A DNA stretch of 64,000 nucleotides from an uncultured virus (IMG/VR IMGVR_UViG_3300036770_004513) (IMGVR_UViG_3300036770_004513); one strand, 5' to 3'; counted from the stretch's first letter, positions 29,312 to 39,456 are shown. Numbers and translations: made by a program. The notes: generated by a model from the letters alone, not told the origin.

Positions 29312-29833
29312 TCAGGTGTCTTCGAGAACCAAGCAATAATGAGATTGGAAACAAAAAATGTCTTTTTGTCTTTCTATCCCATCAGAGTTAACATAGGTTA
29401 ATTCATTTCTTTCAAGATCAACATCTGTAATTTCAACCAAATGATTCCTATCCGCCACCCATTTTGAGCCAACTTTAACTTCTTCGCTAGGAAAAATGTG
29501 TTGCACAACTAATTTACGATCATTCTCGAACGAAAGATGAAAGCCAAGCTTTTTGTCATAATAATAAGACCAGGATTCGACAGGTACAAATTTTAATTCA
29601 AGACTTCCATCTTGACTGTATTCTGCAGAAAATCCTCCTGAAAAGCAGTGGTCTTTAACTTTGACCGCATTTTCTAGAAGACTACGACAAGATTTTTTCA
29701 TGGTTTCAACATCAGGAACCTTATAAGATCCATCAAGATGCGCCCATTCCCAATTGTCAAACTCCATAAAACGCCTCGCCCTTTCGAAGTCGAATGTTTT
29801 AAGAATTTGGTCGATGGTTTGTGTGTAGTTCAT
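29312..29833 (-). CDS. hypothetical protein
   Basis: 173-aa ORF; FDFERARRFM...W.W motif. Confidence 0.7.
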   Translation of the reverse strand: MNYTQTIDQILKTFDFERARRFMEFDNWEWAHLDGSYKVPDVETMKKSCRSLLENAVKVKDHCFSGGFSAEYSQDGSLELKFVPVESWSYYYDKKLGFHLSFENDRKLVVQHIFPSEEVKVGSKWVADRNHLVEITDVDLERNELTYVNSDGIERQKDIFCFQSHYCLVLEDT

Positions 29834-29834
29834 T

Positions 29835-30248
29835 TTAATTTAAATGGCGGAGTGTTTTCCAAAAATATTTTTTGTTACAGGATTTAGAGAAATGATCTAG
29901 ATTAAAAAGTTCTTTTTGTTCTTTTAACAGAAGACCTGCTCTTTGCAAAACAAGAAAAGCATTAAACTCTTCTAAAGAAAGCTCCCTGTGATTAAATAAT
30001 GACAACTCCCATTGAAATGCTTTAACATTTTCGGGTGTAAAAGAAATCCACGCATTATTATCGAACTCGATCAAAACGAACGTGTTGGCGATCAGATAAT
30101 AACCGTCACGTTTGTAAATCGGTGAACACTTATGGAACCTGTTTAATTTCATTTCATAGTTTAAATCATCAATTCCATTTAATAGAAGAGAAATTTTAAT
30201 CCAATCAGGAACATCGAGAATTTTAAGCTTCCACATAAGACTTTGCAA
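29835..30248 (-). CDS. hypothetical protein
   Basis: ORF in an operon. Confidence 0.55.
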   Translation of the reverse strand: MQSLMWKLKILDVPDWIKISLLLNGIDDLNYEMKLNRFHKCSPIYKRDGYYLIANTFVLIEFDNNAWISFTPENVKAFQWELSLFNHRELSLEEFNAFLVLQRAGLLLKEQKELFNLDHFSKSCNKKYFWKTLRHLN

Positions 30249-30407
30249 CCATTTCTCGAAATTCGGTGATAAGCCTAAAAACTTCTTCTAATGATTCTGC
30301 TGTGCCGGAACAATCATCAATTCCATCAGGCCCGTCATACACTTCATAGTAATAATTACCATCAGACAGGCCATTAATCTTAATAATAGGAGAGATAGAG
30401 TACATTA

Positions 30408-30719
30408 TCAGTTACGAATTGCGAGAAAACGATTTTTGAGCAGCCGAGCAACCGCTTTTGCTGTGCAAACTCCAACAGAAAGAGAGTAAAAATCGCCAGC
30501 TTCTTTAATGGCCTGGTTGTTAAGAAAGACTTGGCCAGAAAGAACTGCACTATCCCAACGTTGCAATGGAATGTCGTTGAAGTAGTGATTATTACTCGCC
30601 ATAAGTTCTTCAGGCGAAAACAATCCCGCGATGTGAGATTGAAAATCCGGTGTAGAGAACTGAAGGAAATAATCATCGTGGAGTGATGGAGTGTCCAAGT
30701 AGTCGCGGCGGGTGATCAT
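30408..30719 (-). CDS. hypothetical protein
   Basis: AGGAGG RBS; FNDIPLQRWD motif. Confidence 0.7.
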   Translation of the reverse strand: MITRRDYLDTPSLHDDYFLQFSTPDFQSHIAGLFSPEELMASNNHYFNDIPLQRWDSAVLSGQVFLNNQAIKEAGDFYSLSVGVCTAKAVARLLKNRFLAIRN

Positions 30720-30824
30720 TGGGAACCTCCTTTGGTTGGCTTGCTTATTATGGCCTAGGAATGGATGCCTGTCTTGGGGCCTTGTGCCAGTTTATGGGTT
30801 GGTACAGAGTTCAAGTAACAAAGT

Positions 30825-31346
30825 TCAAAGTTCGATAAACCTGAATGCACTGACGCCGCCGTTTTCCATCTTATTAAGAGAGGTGTGGCTACCACCACAA
30901 AAACTCACAAAATACGCATTAAAAGAATCAACCTCCGTAGAAGACCAGTACCAATAGAAGCAAAAATGATGTTTGGCGTTTTTGAGTGCCAATTTCAATT
31001 GATCAAACGATGGAAGAAACCAATCAGGTGGATTTAATCCGTGTTTCTTGAGTTTAATACGGACCTGAGTAAATTCATTACCCCACGCACAACAAACTTG
31101 AGTTTCTTTTGGTGCAGCAATAAGCAGCCGTTCGTTATGAAGAAGTGTTTTTGGATAACGCTCGATAACAACACAACCATCAGCTAGCTTATCGCCAGGT
31201 TGGGCTTCCTCTAGAGTTGGGAAAGTCGTTTTAAGAAGGGTTTTAAGTCTTTTTAATTCAGTTTTAAGTCTTTTTAATTCAGCTTGATTAGTTTTTATTA
31301 CCTCCTGTTTATCTTTGATTTTCTTAACAAGAGTTCGATAATCCAT
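30825..31346 (-). CDS. CLec-fold paralog, partly diverged VR
   Basis: WYWSSTEV...VSAFRFIEL. Confidence 0.85.
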   Translation of the reverse strand: MDYRTLVKKIKDKQEVIKTNQAELKRLKTELKRLKTLLKTTFPTLEEAQPGDKLADGCVVIERYPKTLLHNERLLIAAPKETQVCCAWGNEFTQVRIKLKKHGLNPPDWFLPSFDQLKLALKNAKHHFCFYWYWSSTEVDSFNAYFVSFCGGSHTSLNKMENGGVSAFRFIEL

Positions 31347-31438
31347 AACAATTCCTCAATTGGTTGGCAATAAGAGTCTAACAGCTATGATTTCAAAGAG
31401 TCCTGGGCCTTGTGCCAGTTTATTGGTTGGTACAGAGT

Positions 31439-31942
31439 TCAAAGTTCAATAAACCTAAAGGCCCGAACACAGCGCATATTCGTCTTTCTATCGGCGCTCT
31501 GGTCACCAAAAATGAAAGACAAGCTGCACGCAATAGTTGGGCTAACTTCATCTGAAGACCAATACAAAAAGCCGCCAGGGAATTGTTGTTTGGCGTTTTG
31601 GTATGCCAATTGTAGCTGCTCAACAGAAGGAATAAACCACTCAGATGGATTAAAACTACGTTTCTTGAGTCTATCAAAGACTGGTTTGAATTCTGGTGTC
31701 CACTGGTAACAAATTTGAGTTTCTTTTGGTGCAGCAATAAGCAGCCGTTCGTTATGAAGAATTGTTTTTGGAAAACGCTCGATAACAATACAACCATCAG
31801 CCAACTTATCGCCAGGTTGGGCTTGTTCTGGAGTGGGAAAAGTTGTTTTAAGAAGATTTTTAAGACCTTTCAATTTAGCTCGTGTGGACTTAATTAAATC
31901 CTCTTCTTCCTTGATTTTTTGAACAAGAGTTGAATAATTCAT
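31439..31942 (-). CDS. CLec-fold paralog, partly diverged VR
   Basis: YWSSDEV...CVRAFRFIEL; tandem duplicate of 30825..31346 including the leader. Confidence 0.85.
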   Translation of the reverse strand: MNYSTLVQKIKEEEDLIKSTRAKLKGLKNLLKTTFPTPEQAQPGDKLADGCIVIERFPKTILHNERLLIAAPKETQICYQWTPEFKPVFDRLKKRSFNPSEWFIPSVEQLQLAYQNAKQQFPGGFLYWSSDEVSPTIACSLSFIFGDQSADRKTNMRCVRAFRFIEL

Positions 31943-32291
31943 AACAATTCCTCAATTGGTTGGCAATGAGAGTCTAACAGCTATGATTCCAAAGAGTCCT
32001 GGGCCTTGTGCCAGTTATCGAACCGCCTATTCATAAAAAATTGAACTGAAATTAGAACCACCAATGAAACAAAAACCGAGAAAATTCCTTGTGTTTCAGT
32101 CATAACGAAAAGTCCTACGAATGATTTGGCGAATGAGTGGAGTTGGACCTGTTTGAATCATCTGAGGAGAGAATGCTTTTAATGGTCTCCAAGTCAGTAA
32201 TGTTGTTGAGTTGTTGTTAAAAGCAGAATCAGAATGAGTTAATTGTGATATATCATCCCGAATAAGCTCTATCCAACTTGCATTGTCTTCA

Positions 32292-32672
32292 TTAGGAATT
32301 CTCTGGTTCTTGTTTTTGTTCAGCCAGTTTTTCATCGTGACGTTTAATGTGTTGTTTAAGTCGTGTCGTCTCTTCTTCAAGAAATTGAACGATCTTCTTA
32401 ACATAGTCTGGATTTTTAGATAGAATTTGTTCAAATTCAGATGAAAAGCGATCCATTCGGGTTAGGCAACCAGAAAACTGAACATAAATTGTCTGGGTGT
32501 CCATGTGAATTGGTTCTTGAGCATCAATGTAATTCAAATAATTACCGATTTGATAGCTTTTACAGCAGTTGCTTCTAATAGCTTGGCACACAATTTCGCC
32601 AACTTGCTCTTTATTATTAAAAAAAGCATCGTAGGCATCATTATTAAAAGTGATCGTTGTGTTGTAACCCAT
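32292..32672 (-). CDS. hypothetical protein
   Basis: 126-aa ORF starting MGYNTTI. Confidence 0.65.
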   Translation of the reverse strand: MGYNTTITFNNDAYDAFFNNKEQVGEIVCQAIRSNCCKSYQIGNYLNYIDAQEPIHMDTQTIYVQFSGCLTRMDRFSSEFEQILSKNPDYVKKIVQFLEEETTRLKQHIKRHDEKLAEQKQEPENS

Positions 32673-32843
32673 TTTAGATACCCTTCACGTTGAACTTAAA
32701 TGCATAAACCAGGACAACAAGACTTGAGAGAAGTCCAATAAGACCAAAGAAAGTGGTAGCGTTGCCGGTAAAGTCGAAAGTAGAGATCATAATAAAAATA
32801 GCGATGGATTAGTTGGTGTAGTTGTTCTTAAGAGTTGGTGTCA

Positions 32844-33296
32844 TTAGAGTTCTCCGTTGCAATTAATCCGGTGAAAACTTACAAGACTCTCAAAAAGATT
32901 TACTCTCAATTGTTTCAAAAAAACGGGTGAACTAGGTGGATTAGGGTGTTTAGGGATAAGGTGAATCATTTCTTGTGTTGCGAATTTCCAGGCATCAAAA
33001 TAAGAATCCACGTTAAAAATGAAATTAAAGCAACAAAGGTTAAGGATTCCAACTCCTTTAAATTTTTCTGGATCAGGTGATAGATTAAATTTCATAGAAC
33101 AGTTATCATCATAACCACTGCTTAACTTAATGTTGTAACCTTTGCTTTTTAAGAAAGCTTCTACCGCATTATAATCATTTATTCTAAAAACCCAATCCCA
33201 ATCGGATTTTTCATTAAATCCGCCATAAACACGACTTCCAGTAGCGAAGTGATCGAAAGCAGCAAGTTCGGGTAAAACGTCAATTAGTTTATTCAT
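32844..33296 (-). CDS. Pol-beta superfamily nucleotidyltransferase-like protein
   Basis: TGSRVYGG....SDWDW. Confidence 0.7.
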   Translation of the reverse strand: MNKLIDVLPELAAFDHFATGSRVYGGFNEKSDWDWVFRINDYNAVEAFLKSKGYNIKLSSGYDDNCSMKFNLSPDPEKFKGVGILNLCCFNFIFNVDSYFDAWKFATQEMIHLIPKHPNPPSSPVFLKQLRVNLFESLVSFHRINCNGEL

Positions 33297-33613
33297 CAGT
33301 CAAACAAAAATTCTAGGTTTGGAATGCCAACAAGAAATCCACCGTTTCTTTTTATGCTGGCCAGGCAAAACTCTGCATAAAATTTTGCGTCTTCTATTGA
33401 CGTAAAAGTTCCTGCAGCCCATCGTGAGGTTGCCTTAGAGTCCTTTCGGACTTCTTCGGTCTCAATAACCAGTTCAAACGAAGTTTGCAAACTATTGATT
33501 TCAAAAATAACCCAACTTTCATGAACCCTAGTGCGTTCAACAAGACAGCGGCTGCTGTAGGTAAAATTGGGATGTTTTTGAACTGGCCAATTGATCATAG
33601 TGGGATTCCTCAA
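33296..33613 (-). CDS. hypothetical protein
   Basis: ORF coupled to the next gene. Confidence 0.55.
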   Translation of the reverse strand: MRNPTMINWPVQKHPNFTYSSRCLVERTRVHESWVIFEINSLQTSFELVIETEEVRKDSKATSRWAAGTFTSIEDAKFYAEFCLASIKRNGGFLVGIPNLEFLFD

Positions 33614-33697
33614 CGACTTTCATAGAATAGCAGAAAGGATGGAATGGGAAAGGGTGGTTGTGCCAGATAAAGAACCGACACAACCACCCTCATCAGA

Positions 33698-34018
33698 TCA
33701 CATTCCCCGTTCCCGCAACTTTTGATCAATGTATGCATCTAGACGAGGGCCGATAAATTCCTTAATGTCATCGGCCACGCCATTAGCAAGTTCTTGCATT
33801 TTGTAGCGTTTAATCCAATCACGAATCCGGCGGAAGAATGTCTCATCGCTAAGGAAATTACTGACAGCCTCCATAGCCTCATCTTTAGTCAAGACTGGCG
33901 TATTGCGTTGAGCCTCGTGAAGATACTCGATCGCCTGAAGTAGGTTCTCAAGTTTAACAAGCTGTTCGTTGACAGTCAGTTCCACGGATTGAGTAGAAGT
34001 AGTAGTTGCCATAATCAA
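33698..34018 (-). CDS. hypothetical helical protein downstream of the E1 gene
   Basis: overlaps the ThiF stop codon. Confidence 0.65.
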   Translation of the reverse strand: MIMATTTSTQSVELTVNEQLVKLENLLQAIEYLHEAQRNTPVLTKDEAMEAVSNFLSDETFFRRIRDWIKRYKMQELANGVADDIKEFIGPRLDAYIDQKLRERGM

Positions 34019-34725
34019 GAAATGCTGGTGACGAAGGTACGAAGATTGAAGAACATAGAGTTTTTCTGGGGATTCAGAAGTCCATCCAGAATGTTTTGAA
34101 TAGCAGCAAGAGTGATGGATGCTGCCATAAAGTTAGCACTGATCAGCTGTGGGCGTGATGGTGCATTGAGAGCACAGGAACCTTTCTCTGGGATACTATC
34201 AGTTGGATTCTCGATGCTCTCATAGGCCAGGGCAGGGTTGAGACCATAAGGCACCCCATCAACAGCACCGAACCACATAGTCTGACCCCGGACGGTTTCA
34301 AAACCATCAGAGTTTCCTGGTGTGATAAAGAAGAAGTTTGCCTTATTCACAGAAAGAAGTGCATCAATAACATTCTTTCGTGTGGCATCATTATCAACAG
34401 AGCATACCACAAGAGGACGCTCACACCGATTGAGTAGGGGAATAAAAGTGGTCATTGAAATGAAATCATCAATGTAATCCACATTATTCAGACCTTGATA
34501 CTTGCAAAGATCAACCATTGCCTCTGCCTTGTTTTTACCCATTTGCTGGGCACCAACAAGTTGGCGATTCTGGTTAGATTCTTCGAAACTATCACCATCA
34601 ATAAAGGTGACTTTTGTGTTTTCAGTTGTAGAGTGATAGGCAATAAGCCGTGCCAGCGGTGCGGCAATGTGGCCGCCAGTGCCACCGACACCGATAACAA
34701 AAACGTGATCAGGGGAAAGAGTCAT
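34015..34725 (-). CDS. E1-like ThiF/MoeB adenylating enzyme
   Basis: VIGVGGTGG, IDGDSFEESNQNRQ, GKNKA, CSVDN..TR, GSCA candidate catalytic Cys, PQLISAN. Confidence 0.92.
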   Translation of the reverse strand: MTLSPDHVFVIGVGGTGGHIAAPLARLIAYHSTTENTKVTFIDGDSFEESNQNRQLVGAQQMGKNKAEAMVDLCKYQGLNNVDYIDDFISMTTFIPLLNRCERPLVVCSVDNDATRKNVIDALLSVNKANFFFITPGNSDGFETVRGQTMWFGAVDGVPYGLNPALAYESIENPTDSIPEKGSCALNAPSRPQLISANFMAASITLAAIQNILDGLLNPQKNSMFFNLRTFVTSIS

Positions 34726-34818
34726 AGCGATTGGTGAAGGCAAAGGTATTGTAGGGTAAGAATGGGAACTGGCCAATGGGGCTTGTGCCAGTTCCCTAGG
34801 TGTCACAAAATAGGTTTT

Positions 34819-35190
34819 TCAGATTTTGTTAATCACAGCCTTATCCGGGCAAAATTTAGCCAGACTCCCTGTGATTCCAACAGTAACTTTATCCTTGGCA
34901 TCAGTAAAGTCGTCTGGTTCTATTACATCATTAGTAAAAACAACCCAAGAATTACAATTGATTAACTGACCTTTTATAAGGATTTGATCCTTTTCATTAT
35001 GGACAGAAGTGCAGTTTTTATGGTTGAGGTAATGGGACAAATGTTTCATCGCCTCAACAGAATCTGAAAACCAACCATAATAAACATAGGCGCTTCTATG
35101 CTTTTCGTTATCAAGCAATTCATTTGAGCATCTTATGTAATAATCTACTCTCTGATCGCCCCTAGTGACTAAACAATGTTTGAATTTCAT
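34819..35190 (-). CDS. hypothetical protein within the Ubl cassette
   Basis: 123-aa ORF between the E2-like and E1 genes. Confidence 0.6.
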   Translation of the reverse strand: MKFKHCLVTRGDQRVDYYIRCSNELLDNEKHRSAYVYYGWFSDSVEAMKHLSHYLNHKNCTSVHNEKDQILIKGQLINCNSWVVFTNDVIEPDDFTDAKDKVTVGITGSLAKFCPDKAVINKI

Positions 35191-36195
35191 CTACTTATGT
35201 CGAACACAAGTAAATGCCTCATTCAGCTGTCCGATAAGGAAACCTTCAGAAGTGACATACCATTTACGACCCAATGCATCCTCTGGTGTGGTGTAACCAA
35301 AGAACAATTGATCGCCCCTTGTAATGGATGAATTTTCAATAGGAATAATCATTGCGTGGGGGATTTCTTCCATTGGCCTGAAACCTGCCATAAGCAGAGT
35401 AAAGAATGCCTGAACATCCGTCTGGGCATCCACAATCATAAGAGCCTCATAACCAGAACACAAAAACTTATCGGTAGTGTTTTCGTGGAACAAGTTGGCA
35501 TCCTTATCAAGATCCTGCTGTGCGCTGTTATCGGCAACTACATTAAGACGGGTCAAATCATTATTGAAACGAGCCGACAAATAGGTTAAAGTAGCCTCCC
35601 GCAGATTGGTTGGCCTAGTAGTGCCGCCGCCCCAGCAGATTTTTCCACCAACTCCAGCAGCACCACTGTAAACATTTGCACTCATTCTTGGAGTAGTTGA
35701 GTGAATGTTATTTTCTTCATCAACAAATCCAGCACAGAAATGTGCATTATCAACTTCATCAACCCATTCAAACCTTGGCGACTGTCCTAGGTGATTAAGG
35801 CCGATTTCAATAACACAATTGCTTAGAGAAACAGTTCCCTCATTGTATTCCATTGTATGGCCCAGAGGACAATTTTGTCCACTATAGCCATCATAACAAA
35901 CAATACATTCACCGTTTTGTCTAAGGGAGTACCAATCGACAGAACCGTCAGGACGAGCGTGATTTTCGTAATAATAAGTAGACTCCTTACGAGGACAATT
36001 ATCGCAATGTCTGTAGTAAAAGGCATTGTGTTTGTTACTATCCGTCATTCGATTCACAAAGGTTCGTGACCCTGCAGGCAACCAGGCCTTTAGCTTAAAA
36101 AGACCATCGTGAAACCGATAAGAGATAAAGTCAGCATTGCTAGGGAGCAAATGCAACTTGACTTTGGCAGGATTTTTAGGAAAAAGGACGGTCAT
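35191..36195 (-). CDS. prokaryotic E2-like (Prok-E2 family D / PRTRC-B-like) protein with a Cys-rich N-terminal part
   Basis: ANVY.......GKICWG....P.....YLSARFNNDL; CxxC pairs; lies between the JAB and E1 genes. Confidence 0.7.
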   Translation of the reverse strand: MTVLFPKNPAKVKLHLLPSNADFISYRFHDGLFKLKAWLPAGSRTFVNRMTDSNKHNAFYYRHCDNCPRKESTYYYENHARPDGSVDWYSLRQNGECIVCYDGYSGQNCPLGHTMEYNEGTVSLSNCVIEIGLNHLGQSPRFEWVDEVDNAHFCAGFVDEENNIHSTTPRMSANVYSGAAGVGGKICWGGGTTRPTNLREATLTYLSARFNNDLTRLNVVADNSAQQDLDKDANLFHENTTDKFLCSGYEALMIVDAQTDVQAFFTLLMAGFRPMEEIPHAMIIPIENSSITRGDQLFFGYTTPEDALGRKWYVTSEGFLIGQLNEAFTCVRHK

Positions 36196-36198
36196 AAT

Positions 36199-37290
36199 TC
36201 AAGGAGTAGGAACTTCAAGGTCTTCGAGAGAGTCTTCAAGGTTCTTCATTTCAGAACGAAGAAGACTGGCCAATCCGTTGATTGCGGCAGGGTTTTGTGC
36301 ATTACAGCGAAGATACCGGGCAATTGGAGTCATCATTTGAACGAAACTCGCAATTTCATCGAGATCAGTAACACGATCTTCCAGAAAATAGTCATTGATA
36401 GAATCAGTGATTTGCCACAATGGGGTATCACTTTGGTTCAAAGGTTCTTGGGGCATCTCATCCTCATAAGACTTCCAAAAATCAGGATCAATCGAACCAT
36501 CTTGGAAGTGATAAGGATCTTTGAACCTATCAGCGTATTGGTTTTGAGGATGCTTGAACTTATTTTTATGCCAATTATTATAAACGCTTTGAGAATTGCC
36601 TGCAGGGGGCAGCCACTTATTGTAAGTCTTGGGCTTTTCTACTTCGATGTATTCAAGAACTTTTTCGTGGAATGTTGCACCAGGAACAGGGGTTGCATCA
36701 ACAAGATCATTATAATCTACAAGGAAACGACGACCACTACCCACTACAGAGGCATAGATGATGTAAGTCCGCTTTTCTACATTAATTCCTGCAACAATAA
36801 GATGGATGCCAGGATCTTTTAGCTGATAAGTATCATCAACGTTTGAAAATGAGCAAGTCATCGTATTATGACTATGAGATCCACCAACAGGAATCCAACC
36901 TTCTGGAGGATAGGATTCAAGAACTTCGCCAGTAACAAGGTCAACAGAATCACAGAAATCAGGTGAATCTACCGATGCCATTGAAACCTTTTGACGAGGC
37001 ACAATCATACGGTAGACTGACGGATCTTCTTCACTACGAAGGATCCGAACATTAACCTCAAGTTCACGGGGAACCTTATCGACAAAATGAAAGCACAACT
37101 GAACCCAGGCCTGCCAAAGGTCGGCGGGAATCTTATGAATACCCTCTTTGAGTTCAAAATGCTTTAGATGTTCGTCAGTGATTTCTGCATTGGCATCAGG
37201 GTCAAAGGTTGATCGAATGTAAGAACCCCAAGGTCCTTCATAAACCTCAAAACAACCTTTATCTGCAGTCCTTAGGATAGTTGCGCTCAT
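36199..37290 (-). CDS. JAB/MPN (JAMM) metallopeptidase-domain protein
   Basis: N-terminal E (RELEV), VPRQKVS, GGSHSHNTMTCSFSNVDD (HxH-x7-S-x2-D), GIHLIV. Confidence 0.88.
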   Translation of the reverse strand: MSATILRTADKGCFEVYEGPWGSYIRSTFDPDANAEITDEHLKHFELKEGIHKIPADLWQAWVQLCFHFVDKVPRELEVNVRILRSEEDPSVYRMIVPRQKVSMASVDSPDFCDSVDLVTGEVLESYPPEGWIPVGGSHSHNTMTCSFSNVDDTYQLKDPGIHLIVAGINVEKRTYIIYASVVGSGRRFLVDYNDLVDATPVPGATFHEKVLEYIEVEKPKTYNKWLPPAGNSQSVYNNWHKNKFKHPQNQYADRFKDPYHFQDGSIDPDFWKSYEDEMPQEPLNQSDTPLWQITDSINDYFLEDRVTDLDEIASFVQMMTPIARYLRCNAQNPAAINGLASLLRSEMKNLEDSLEDLEVPTP

Positions 37291-37364
37291 AATGATTCTC
37301 GGTGGTAAATGAACAAAAAAGAGGGGTATGATGGCCCCTCTTTTATTGGGAGTGTGATGCTGGT

Positions 37365-37628
37365 TCAGCCCAGCTTGTCAGCATTCACACTCACTCGGAT
37401 GGTTTCGCCAGGGCGAACCACAGTATCACCAGACACCATTTGGTTGTTGATGATCCACTTGGTAACGCGAGTGCTGTCAATAATGTCGCTAGCGTATTCG
37501 GCCACCAGTTGGGATACAGTCTTACCGCGATACTGGCCCTCGCTGAGGGTAACAGTTTCCTCGTTCACAGCAATAGTGACGGGATCAGAGTAGGACTGGG
37601 TTTCGAGTTGAGAAAAGAAAGAAGACAT
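37365..37628 (-). CDS. ubiquitin-like (beta-grasp) modifier
   Basis: 87 aa; GKTVSQL...IINNQMVSGDTVVRPGETIRVSVNADKLG with C-terminal Gly; first gene of the cassette. Confidence 0.75.
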   Translation of the reverse strand: MSSFFSQLETQSYSDPVTIAVNEETVTLSEGQYRGKTVSQLVAEYASDIIDSTRVTKWIINNQMVSGDTVVRPGETIRVSVNADKLG

Positions 37629-37753
37629 AATGTTTTTCAAAGGTAAAGGAACAAGGTTTGGCGGTGTGGGAGTGGATCTCTCTCACCGACCCCATAAGAA
37701 TAACACAACTTGGTGCGTTTGGGGCCGGTGGTGGACGGATCCTGAACTGTCCA

Positions 37754-38287
37754 CTAGGAGAACTTGGTGATGAGAGATTGCACATAGGCATCGGAAGAAT
37801 CACCAAGATCCTTGCCATCAGGAACAATAACATAGGAATCAGCAAAGTGAGTAAGAGCTAGGCCAGCTTTATCATTGTCACACACCGCGACAATGGGGCG
37901 ATTGAGCATCGAAAGCCAGTTTTTGTAATCTTTTGGTGGAGAATTGCACAAAGTTGCAATGGCAGAACAACCAAACCAAGTTAATCGACAGGCATCAAAA
38001 ATCCCTTCTGTTAAAAAGATTGGACCAGCTGAAAGATTCAGTGATTCGATTCCCCAGACGGACACTGTAGGACAATTCTTGTTTCGATAAGTGTAGTAAC
38101 GACCTGATAATTTATCATTAAAAATCTTTTTGTCTCCATTCGGATTGTATTGCTGATACCCAACAATTTGCTCTGATTGGTTGTAAAGAAGAAAAGTAGC
38201 AATGTTTAACTCCTCATCTAGAATTGGCTGATGCAGTTCTAGATTTAAGTAGCGATCTAAAAGATGTTGCCTGATGTTAGTTACCAT
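37754..38287 (-). CDS. Toprim-domain (primase-like) protein
   Basis: LTEGIFDA, VCDNDKAG, KDLGD. Confidence 0.85.
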   Translation of the reverse strand: MVTNIRQHLLDRYLNLELHQPILDEELNIATFLLYNQSEQIVGYQQYNPNGDKKIFNDKLSGRYYTYRNKNCPTVSVWGIESLNLSAGPIFLTEGIFDACRLTWFGCSAIATLCNSPPKDYKNWLSMLNRPIVAVCDNDKAGLALTHFADSYVIVPDGKDLGDSSDAYVQSLITKFS

Positions 38288-39059
38288 CTAATTCGATTAC
38301 TAGATCGGGATTATAACCTGTTCTTTGATTTGGATAACCAACAGGATTGCATAAGACTCGGCAATTACCAATGTTATAATCAAATGCTGTATGGGTGTGG
38401 CCGTGACACCAATAACGAATCTGAGGGTGTTCTAGAATAAGATTTTCTTGGTTACTACAATAAGCCCCATTACAGCTGCTGGAAAGGAATTCTTCTGCTA
38501 CTGATTGAAAACTAGGAGCGTGATGGCTGATAATAAAAACATTTTCTTTGAGTGTTCTTAATTGCTCTAGGATGTAATTTTTACTTTGTTTATGGAATCC
38601 TAAAACATCATTAACATTCAATTTCCTAAAATTGCTGCCAATTCTGATGGCCTTATAATCATTCATAAACATTCCAGCATCAAGCATCTCAATTGGATTT
38701 TCATTACAAAAATCCGTCCATAGAGTTGCCCCTATGAAGTTCCAGTTATTGATGGTAACAGTATTATTGTCTAGATGATGGAAATTATCTGGTAGATGCT
38801 CAAGAATTTTTGCCTTTGCTTTTTCATAATGATAACCATAATATTCGTGATTACCATTCACATAAAGAACGTGCTCATAATTTTTACTACACTCTTCTAA
38901 AAACCATTCATAATTATGGTGAATGTGTCCATTGGTCTTAAAATGTTTGGCACACAAAATGTCACCAGCAAGCACCAAGATTTCTCCAGTCCCAACCGGA
39001 AATCTTTGGCACGCTACCCAATTATCAATGTGTAGATCACTTAACAGTTTTAATTTCAT
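38277..39059 (-). CDS. metallophosphoesterase
   Basis: LSDLH, LAGD, GNHEYY, TLWTD, SHHAP, HGHTH, NPVGY. Confidence 0.92.
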   Translation of the reverse strand: MKLKLLSDLHIDNWVACQRFPVGTGEILVLAGDILCAKHFKTNGHIHHNYEWFLEECSKNYEHVLYVNGNHEYYGYHYEKAKAKILEHLPDNFHHLDNNTVTINNWNFIGATLWTDFCNENPIEMLDAGMFMNDYKAIRIGSNFRKLNVNDVLGFHKQSKNYILEQLRTLKENVFIISHHAPSFQSVAEEFLSSSCNGAYCSNQENLILEHPQIRYWCHGHTHTAFDYNIGNCRVLCNPVGYPNQRTGYNPDLVIELDGN

Positions 39060-39456
39060 TAATAATCATCCGAAAGTTGCATTTGCCACCAACCACAATT
39101 AAGAGCATTCCAAAAATCATTTGGTGGCTCATTGGATTTTAATTTCATCATCCATTCATTGATAATGTAAGGAATCTCGTAAATAAAGGAATAGTAAAGA
39201 ATGGTTAGTTTTTGCATCATTTTTGGTTGTTGATTTTGTTTAGAAGGGCCTTTAGTGCCTGTTTTCGTGCTTTAAGAGTAGATTTTGAGATTCCTTTTGT
39301 TTTCTTTGGTTTGCCAGAGTTTTTCTGCCAATTGGGAGTGTTAGCCATTGTGGTTGCCTGGTGCTGAATTATGATAAGACTCTACACCACGACCTAAGAA
39401 GTGGTAATTGTTATTGTGCCAGTTTAATTTGTGGTACAAAGTTCAAGCAACAAAAT

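Noticed and set aside
34015..34725. ThiF as a thiamine or molybdopterin biosynthesis auxiliary gene
   Set aside because: No thiG/thiS/moa context, and the Zn-binding CxxC pairs are absent. The neighbours are JAB, E2-like and Ubl genes.
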